Positions 58,118 to 64,000 of a stretch of 64,000 nt of DNA are shown here, one piece after another. Every line of letters begins with the position of its first letter. The first letter of the stretch is position 1. This DNA is from Flavobacteriales bacterium (GTDB lineage: Bacteria; Bacteroidota; Bacteroidia; Palsa-965): contig JBEIPA010000003.1 in NCBI GenBank assembly GCA_040377305.1, forward strand, positions 96,001 to 160,000, read 5' to 3'. The translations under genes were made by a program, and so were the position numbers. The notes beneath the pieces were generated by a model, which did not search any database, was not told where the DNA came from, and was given only the letters and a program-made list of their open reading frames with translations.

Positions 58118-58214
58118 TGTGCTAATCGGTTAATATGCTAATGTGCTACACAACGCGCACATTGGGAGATTAACCTTCTTTTAGCACATTAACCCATTAG
58201 CAAATTAGTACATT
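58115..58214. repeat. Inverted pair of degenerate 8-nt arrays (TAATGTGC / GCACATTA)
   Basis: taatgtgc taatcggt taatatgc taatgtgc ta ... tagcacat taacccat tagcaaat tagtacat t. Confidence 0.8.
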
Positions 58215-58908
58215 GATAGATCAGTCCAGAATTATTTACGAAGACAACCACCTCATTGCTATAAACAAGCGCTCGGGTGAAATTGTGCAGGCAGACAAAA
58301 CCGGCGATGCGCCCATTGGTCATCACCTGAAAGAATTTCTCAAGGAAAAATACAACAAGCCCGGCGAAGTTTTCGTTGGTGTTGTACATCGTCTTGATCG
58401 TCCGGTGAGCGGAGTTGTATTGTTCGCGAAAACCAGCAAAGGTTTAGAGCGCATGAATCAGTTGTTTCGCGAGCGTGCGACGAAGAAAATCTATTGGGCC
58501 ATCGTTGAGCAGAAGCCGGAGAAGCCAGAGGGCAAGCTCATTCACTGGCTCGCGAAAAACGAGAAACAGAATAAGTCGTACGCTTCCCCAATTGAAAAAG
58601 CGAATCACTTGATTTGCGAGCTCGATTATAAACTGATTGCATCCTCAGATCGTTATCACCTTCTCGAAGTGAATCCGCTCACAGGTCGTCATCACCAAAT
58701 TCGCGTGCAACTTTCCACGATGAAGACGATCATCAAAGGCGATTTGAAATACGGTGCGAAACGTTCTAATCCGGACGGCTCCATTTGTCTGCACGCGAGA
58801 CGACTCGAGTTTATGCACCCGGTAAAAAACGAACCGATTTCTATTGAAGCTCCCGTGCCGCAGGATAATTTGTGGAAGGCGATGGAGGGGTTGGTGCCGA
58901 AAATATGA
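58213..58908 (+). CDS. RluA-family RNA pseudouridine synthase
   Basis: IIYEDNHLIAINK; HRLDRPVSG; KIYWA; TGRHHQIRVQL; GDLKYG; LHARRL. Confidence 0.95.
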   Translation: MIDQSRIIYEDNHLIAINKRSGEIVQADKTGDAPIGHHLKEFLKEKYNKPGEVFVGVVHRLDRPVSGVVLFAKTSKGLERMNQLFRERATKKIYWAIVEQKPEKPEGKLIHWLAKNEKQNKSYASPIEKANHLICELDYKLIASSDRYHLLEVNPLTGRHHQIRVQLSTMKTIIKGDLKYGAKRSNPDGSICLHARRLEFMHPVKNEPISIEAPVPQDNLWKAMEGLVPKI

Positions 58909-58918
58909 TGTGCAACTT

Positions 58919-59060
58919 TGACAGCCGTGGGCTTTAGCCCGCGGGCTGGCACGAAACAACGAAATCACGGATACGAGTTACGCGGGTTTAAACCCGCGTT
59001 GCTCATGTCGAAAAGGGAACCGTATTCTCGCCATCCGCGGGATGAATCCCGCGGCTGTCA
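58919..59060. repeat. REPIN-like element: inverted REP doublet with a central palindrome
   Basis: TGACAGCCGTGGGCTTTAGCCCGCGG ... GAGTTACGCGGGTTTAAACCCGCGTTGCTC ... CCGCGGGATGAATCCCGCGGCTGTCA. Confidence 0.75.
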
Positions 59061-59184
59061 TAAATTTTTTGTGGAACCTTCTCCTCATTTGCATCACTTA
59101 TTCGGAATTGCTAACCGCTTGCATTTTTTAGCATTCCAACAGATACCTTTCTTCGTACATTTAAGTTGAATTCCGGAGTAGCTT

Positions 59185-60552
59185 ATGCTCGCAAAAATCC
59201 GATACTGGTCGGTTTATACGATCTTCCGTTGGCAGTTTATTTTCATTGCACTCTGCATGTGGGCGGTGTACACGTGGCTCGTGCTGAATGTGAAGAATAC
59301 GGGAACAGATGAGTGGATTCGAATTGCGCAGTGGTTACAGGTATTATTTTTATCCACCATCGTTCTGATGGGATTCAGCATTCTCACGCTTCTCATTTCC
59401 TGGTTCGTTTTTCTCCGACAAATGAAGTCGGGAAGAATGAAACTTTCTGTTCAATTGCCAGAAGACAAAACGCATGAAGCAGGTACGGTTCCTATCGAAG
59501 CAAAAATCACGAACATCCTGCGACCAATCCTGGGTACGGTGGAAGTGAGAATTGTCTTCCCGGGAATGCTTGTTTCACAGCGAATTCTACTCGACGAGAA
59601 TAAGAAAACCTGGTTGGCTCCGTATAACACTGTGGCAGGTACTTCAACGCTCGATCTTCATCACCGCGGGCTTCACGACATCGAAGAGATTCAGGTTATT
59701 CTCACCGACATGATGAAGCTCGTGTGCATTCCGATCACGCTTCATTCGCAAAACAGATTGCTCACTATTCCGAAGCAACTGAAAGAACAAACGTTTCCGA
59801 TATTTCCTTCGGCAACGGAAGAGCAGGATGTGCGCATCAACATTCCGAAACGAGTGCAGGGAGAATTTCTCAGCTATAAAGACTTTGAATCGGGTGATGA
59901 CATCCGCCGTATTGTCTGGAAGATCTATGCACGCAGCGGAGAATTGGTTGTTCGCGTTCCGGAAACACGTGATCCGTATGCGTCACACGTTTACATCTGC
60001 ACCGGATTTTACAATACGTTGATTACTGAATTCGATGATCTCGCCGGAAGAGAATTGCTCAACGTGTATAAAGATTCCTTGCGTCAGGTGTACGATGCCG
60101 TGTGTCGCAATCAACACAGTGTCCGTCTCATCAAAGATCAGGAAGAACAGAAAGACGCGCCGAACACGGATGTATCGAAAGACCTTTATTTTCTGAGTAC
60201 AGCACATTGGCAAAGCGATCAGTTGCCTCACGAGAATTTTGTGAATCCGAAAACGGCGGTGATTTGTTTGTCGTCTGCAACGCCCGTGGAAGAAATCGAA
60301 AATCTTTTTGGAAAGCTGGCATTGCATGTGCCGGTGATGGTATTCGGATTGAGTGATGCACTGGGTCCAGCGTTTAAGTTTAAGTTCAGAAACGTTTTCT
60401 TCAAACCGAAAGAACATCCGCTTTCTGAAGTACGTAAGTCGTGGTGGATTTCTCCGTTGAGAAAACGCCTGAAGCTGAATGAAGATCGCATCCGAAAATT
60501 AGTGAATCAACGTGGTAATGCGTGGTTGATGGAGATGAAACCGAATGAGTAG
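59185..60552 (+). CDS. DUF58-domain membrane protein
   Basis: Two N-terminal TMs; GEFLSYKDFESGDDIRRIVWKIYARSGELVVR motif. Confidence 0.85.
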   Translation: MLAKIRYWSVYTIFRWQFIFIALCMWAVYTWLVLNVKNTGTDEWIRIAQWLQVLFLSTIVLMGFSILTLLISWFVFLRQMKSGRMKLSVQLPEDKTHEAGTVPIEAKITNILRPILGTVEVRIVFPGMLVSQRILLDENKKTWLAPYNTVAGTSTLDLHHRGLHDIEEIQVILTDMMKLVCIPITLHSQNRLLTIPKQLKEQTFPIFPSATEEQDVRINIPKRVQGEFLSYKDFESGDDIRRIVWKIYARSGELVVRVPETRDPYASHVYICTGFYNTLITEFDDLAGRELLNVYKDSLRQVYDAVCRNQHSVRLIKDQEEQKDAPNTDVSKDLYFLSTAHWQSDQLPHENFVNPKTAVICLSSATPVEEIENLFGKLALHVPVMVFGLSDALGPAFKFKFRNVFFKPKEHPLSEVRKSWWISPLRKRLKLNEDRIRKLVNQRGNAWLMEMKPNE

Positions 60553-63457
60553 CGAACCTGTCATAAAGAAGTCTTTTTTCGAGCTGATGGTTCGATTGCT
60601 GTTTGTCGTTGTTCCGACAATGGCAGTGAGTGCGTATGTGCTGACCTCAATCAATCTTTCTTACACAGGATTCAACAGCGGAACAACTTCTCAATTTCTT
60701 TGGTTGTCGGCGGGAATCATGGGCGCGTATCTGCTCTCCTGGCTTCGTGGACGATTCTTCGTGCTCTCTGCAATCGTTCTTCTCGGATTGTGGATCGGTA
60801 AATTGATTGTGACAAATCTCTCCGGAGAGTTTGATGTGTTCTACGCACAAGCGAAGTATTGGCTATTCTCCACGTTGTTCACTATCGGTTGGATCGCAGG
60901 ATTTTTAATCAATCGTTCGCGGGTATTCGTAGTGATCTGGTGTAGTTTGCTCACCTTGGTTTACATCGTGTTCCTTTCGCGTGCAGAGAATACGAAGATG
61001 ACAGAGTTCGCCGGTTATCTTCTGCCACTTTTCATGTACACGATTTACATGTTGTATCTCGTTCCGCAGATCTTACAAACCGGAGATTGGAACAAGAAGA
61101 AAGCTACGCGCTGGATTACTACGATTTTCGTTTTGCTCGGACTAGCTTGGGGCGTTTTCGAACTGTTGTCTTGGGAGAGAATGCCGGAGATCGCAGCAAC
61201 GGAACACCAGCTCGACAACAAAGACGACAAGGATGATAAGAATGGCAGAGACGGTGTTGACGGCTACGACCAGAAGCACGGTTTGATGGAAGAAGGCAGT
61301 GATCCGGACGAAGGTAAAGGTGGCAGCAGTGGAGATGATCCCAAGGATGGCAAAGACGGTAAGGATGGAAAAGATCCGAAGGATGGGAAAGACGGAAAGG
61401 ATCCGAAAGATGAAAAGGATGGGAAAGATGGGAAAGACGAGAAGGATGGAAAGGATGAGAAAGATCAGAAGGGCGGAAGTAAAGGCGAAGATGGTGAAGG
61501 TGGATTGAAGATGAAAGATTCCATGTCAATGGGTGAGAAGCAGAGTAAATCTGATATTCTCATGTTTTGTGCGCGACTGGAAAATTATTTTCCGAATGGT
61601 GCACCGCAACCTTTGTATTTCGTGTATCACTATCTCACGAAGTATGATCCAAAGACAGAAACGTTTGTACGTGATCCGTTGATTCCTAGTTCGGATGAAA
61701 TCTCGATTGATCCTTCGAAGGTTGATATGTACCGCACGAAAGTAGATTCGACGGCAATCAAGAATTCATTTGCCACGAAGAAGCGTAAAACGATTGAAGC
61801 CGATGTGTTCATCAGTGCAACCGTATGGAAACATTCTCTGCTTGCGCCTTCCGCTGCATATTCTGTGCAAACAATTCCGGTTGATACGGGATACAAAGAT
61901 TTATTCCGCTCGGGGTATCACGTCAAATCGTATTCGTCTGAGCTGAACAACGCTTACTTCGTTTACAATCCTTCGTCGAATCCCAATATTCTACCATACC
62001 AGCAGGAACGTTACAATGAGCTGAGTTCGGTGAAAGATTACACCGGAGTTGATTCTCTCTACTACGCATATTACACGCAGTTGCCGCAAGGAAGTTTATT
62101 CGACTCCATCCGAAATCTCGCCATACAGATCACCGCTACAGCGCAAACTCCTGTAGAAAAAGTGATAGCTATTCGCGATTACTTCCTCTCGAAGAAACCG
62201 GACGGTTCTCCGTTGTACAAGTACACACTCGATCCTGGTGCACCTGGGGATCCGAATATTCCCACCGGTGGAATGCTTCGTAATTTTCTTTTCTCGAAGC
62301 ACGAAGGTTATTGCACGTATTACGCAGGCGCATCAACACTCATGCTGCAGGCTGTTGGAATTCCCGCACGATTCACAACAGGATTCGCAACCATCGATCG
62401 TAGCGACAAGAACAAAGGTTGGTATTGGTTCTATGCTTCGCAGGCGCACGCATGGACTCAGGTTTATTTTCCGGAGTACGGATGGCTCGACTTCGATATG
62501 ACGATCTCGAGTGAAGAAGAAGGTGGAGTGGGTGAAGCACCGAAACCCGATGGAACTCCTCCTGTTCCTCCTCCGCAACCTTGGTTGATCATTGATGGCG
62601 TTGTTACCGAAGAACCTGTTCCGGGATCAGGTCGTGTGAAAATTAAATTTAAAGATCTCATTTTCTTCAACGACGAATACCATCTCGACGTTGAACGCGA
62701 AGAAGAAGTTGATGCGACACTCTGTCGTTTTGTGTACGCAACCGTTGATACCACATTCGAAGCGATTCACAAAGGCGATTCAATTTTCGTTGTATCCTGG
62801 GATGACATGGCGAAAGATGTGCCTGAACCTGATCCGAACAAATCGATAGAAGAGCAACTGAAAGATTTCACGTGGCCAATGATTGCCGATGAAATTTACA
62901 TTCAGAAGAAATTGCCACCGAAGAAAGAGCAGGAGTCTGAAGAGGAGAAGAAGAAGGATGAAGAAATTCAGACTGACTGGACCATGCTTTGGTATATTCT
63001 GATGGGACTAGGCGGAGCATTGGTACTTGGTGTTATTTTCTTCCCGTTGTTCTTCTTGTTGCGTTTGCGCTTGAAAATATCACAGGCGAAGAATACAGCG
63101 GGCAGAGCAGAAGCAGTTTACCGTTCTGCATTGTACACCTATCACATGAGCGGAGAAGAACTGAAAACGCAAACGGCATTGTCGTATGCGCAAGAACGTG
63201 TTGATCCGAAATACGGAACCTACTTCGCAGAATTTGTAAATGTTTATTTGCGCCTCAAGTATTCCGGATTGCCAGAACGAACAGAGGACAAAACGACCAT
63301 CAATAACTTTAATGCGGTCTTCCGCGGCATGGTTCGCAGCAAGTTGAATGTATTCAAAGCATTTGTGCGCTGGTTCAACCTCATGCGTGCGTTACGTTAC
63401 TTCCGCGCACCGGAATCACTTACCGAACAAGAAAATCAACCTTATGGAAAACCATAA
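60545..63457 (+). CDS. Membrane transglutaminase-like (TgpA-like) protein
   Basis: About 7 N-terminal TMs; catalytic triad GYCTYYA / HAWTQVY / GWLDFD; C-terminal TM; KDx repeat linker. Confidence 0.9.
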   Translation: MSSEPVIKKSFFELMVRLLFVVVPTMAVSAYVLTSINLSYTGFNSGTTSQFLWLSAGIMGAYLLSWLRGRFFVLSAIVLLGLWIGKLIVTNLSGEFDVFYAQAKYWLFSTLFTIGWIAGFLINRSRVFVVIWCSLLTLVYIVFLSRAENTKMTEFAGYLLPLFMYTIYMLYLVPQILQTGDWNKKKATRWITTIFVLLGLAWGVFELLSWERMPEIAATEHQLDNKDDKDDKNGRDGVDGYDQKHGLMEEGSDPDEGKGGSSGDDPKDGKDGKDGKDPKDGKDGKDPKDEKDGKDGKDEKDGKDEKDQKGGSKGEDGEGGLKMKDSMSMGEKQSKSDILMFCARLENYFPNGAPQPLYFVYHYLTKYDPKTETFVRDPLIPSSDEISIDPSKVDMYRTKVDSTAIKNSFATKKRKTIEADVFISATVWKHSLLAPSAAYSVQTIPVDTGYKDLFRSGYHVKSYSSELNNAYFVYNPSSNPNILPYQQERYNELSSVKDYTGVDSLYYAYYTQLPQGSLFDSIRNLAIQITATAQTPVEKVIAIRDYFLSKKPDGSPLYKYTLDPGAPGDPNIPTGGMLRNFLFSKHEGYCTYYAGASTLMLQAVGIPARFTTGFATIDRSDKNKGWYWFYASQAHAWTQVYFPEYGWLDFDMTISSEEEGGVGEAPKPDGTPPVPPPQPWLIIDGVVTEEPVPGSGRVKIKFKDLIFFNDEYHLDVEREEEVDATLCRFVYATVDTTFEAIHKGDSIFVVSWDDMAKDVPEPDPNKSIEEQLKDFTWPMIADEIYIQKKLPPKKEQESEEEKKKDEEIQTDWTMLWYILMGLGGALVLGVIFFPLFFLLRLRLKISQAKNTAGRAEAVYRSALYTYHMSGEELKTQTALSYAQERVDPKYGTYFAEFVNVYLRLKYSGLPERTEDKTTINNFNAVFRGMVRSKLNVFKAFVRWFNLMRALRYFRAPESLTEQENQPYGKP
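61343..61468 (+). repeat. 9-nt coding repeat, 14 x K-D-(G/P/E/Q)
   Basis: KDGKDGKDGKDPKDGKDGKDPKDEKDGKDGKDEKDGKDEKDQ. Confidence 0.85.
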
Positions 63458-64000
63458 CCCAACCGAAGCACCGTTTCATGCGGAGAAGCTCAAACAGCTG
63501 ACCGACAACATCGGTAAAATTATTCGCGGTAAAGACACCGAAGTGAAGTACGTGATTGCGTGCTTGCTTTCACGCGGACACATTTTGCTGGAAGATAATC
63601 CGGGTTCAGGAAAGACAATGTTGGCGAAAACGCTGGCGCAATCCATTTCAGGTGGACTGAACGAAGCTCCGTTGAATCAGGAAGGAACGGTTGCATTTCG
63701 TCGTATCCAGTTTACTCCCGATTTGCTTCCGATGGATCTGATCGGTTCGCACATTTACGACGACGCTAAAAAAGAATTCATCTTTAAGAAAGGTCCGTTG
63801 TTTACGAATGTACTTCTTGCGGATGAAATTAACCGTGCTTCTCCGAAAGTGCAATCCGCATTGCTGGAGTGTATGGCGGAAGGACAGATTTCTGTTGGAG
63901 ATCGCACCTGGCATCTCGATAAATTCTTTTTTGCAATTGCTACGCAAAACCCGATTGAATCGGAAGGAACATATCCACTTCCGGCCGCACAGCTTGATCG
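63444..64000 (+). CDS. MoxR-family AAA+ ATPase, partial, runs off the right edge
   Basis: Manual translation gives MENHNPTEAPF...GHILLEDNPGSGKT; RRIQFTPDLLPMD; LADEINRASPKVQSALLE; ATQNPIESEGTYPLP.AQLDR. Confidence 0.95.
   Translation, partial: MENHNPTEAPFHAEKLKQLTDNIGKIIRGKDTEVKYVIACLLSRGHILLEDNPGSGKTMLAKTLAQSISGGLNEAPLNQEGTVAFRRIQFTPDLLPMDLIGSHIYDDAKKEFIFKKGPLFTNVLLADEINRASPKVQSALLECMAEGQISVGDRTWHLDKFFFAIATQNPIESEGTYPLPAAQLD

Noticed and set aside
58918-59169. 83-aa ORF over the REPIN-like element
   Set aside because: A translation of palindromic repeat DNA with no protein features.
61119-61529. His/Pro/Ser-rich antisense ORF
   Set aside because: Shadow of the KDG repeat in the transglutaminase gene.

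Overview
This is a gene-dense chromosomal window from a Bacteroidota bacterium, judged by T9SS genes, TAnnTTTG-type -7 promoter motifs and no obvious Shine-Dalgarno sites. I found no rRNA, tRNA, CRISPR array, integrase or transposase. In order, it holds: a prolyl oligopeptidase (partial); a beta-propeller/Y_Y_Y LytS-type kinase divergent from an ECF sigma/anti-sigma operon; a GT-C-like membrane protein; two divergent peroxiredoxins; a FucP/GluP sugar permease; a lipoprotein, a secreted protein and a TerB-ABCG transporter; small stress genes (PAS, two DUF1801, SRPBCC, DnaQ-GIY-YIG); siaB/siaC with a propeller-SpoIIE phosphatase; housekeeping genes (methyltransferase, ZIP, THUMP methyltransferase, pfkA); two T9SS type-B cargo/PorP loci, one with a 2073-aa repeat adhesin and one with a collagen-like fibre and an elongated PorE; a YfiR-TPR-HAMP/SpoIIE operon; a RluA-family gene; and a DUF58-transglutaminase-MoxR operon (partial). 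The best leads are: (1) a CTD-less collagen fibre co-encoded with a small CTD-bearing putative adaptor, PorP and PorE; (2) a SiaB/SiaC switch with two receptor phosphatases, one YfiR-linked, and no diguanylate cyclase in the window; (3) the TerB-ABCG locus; (4) repeated inverted arrays of 7/8-nt degenerate tandem repeats and REP/REPIN-like elements between genes. All family calls come from recognising motifs by eye; no database searches were run.
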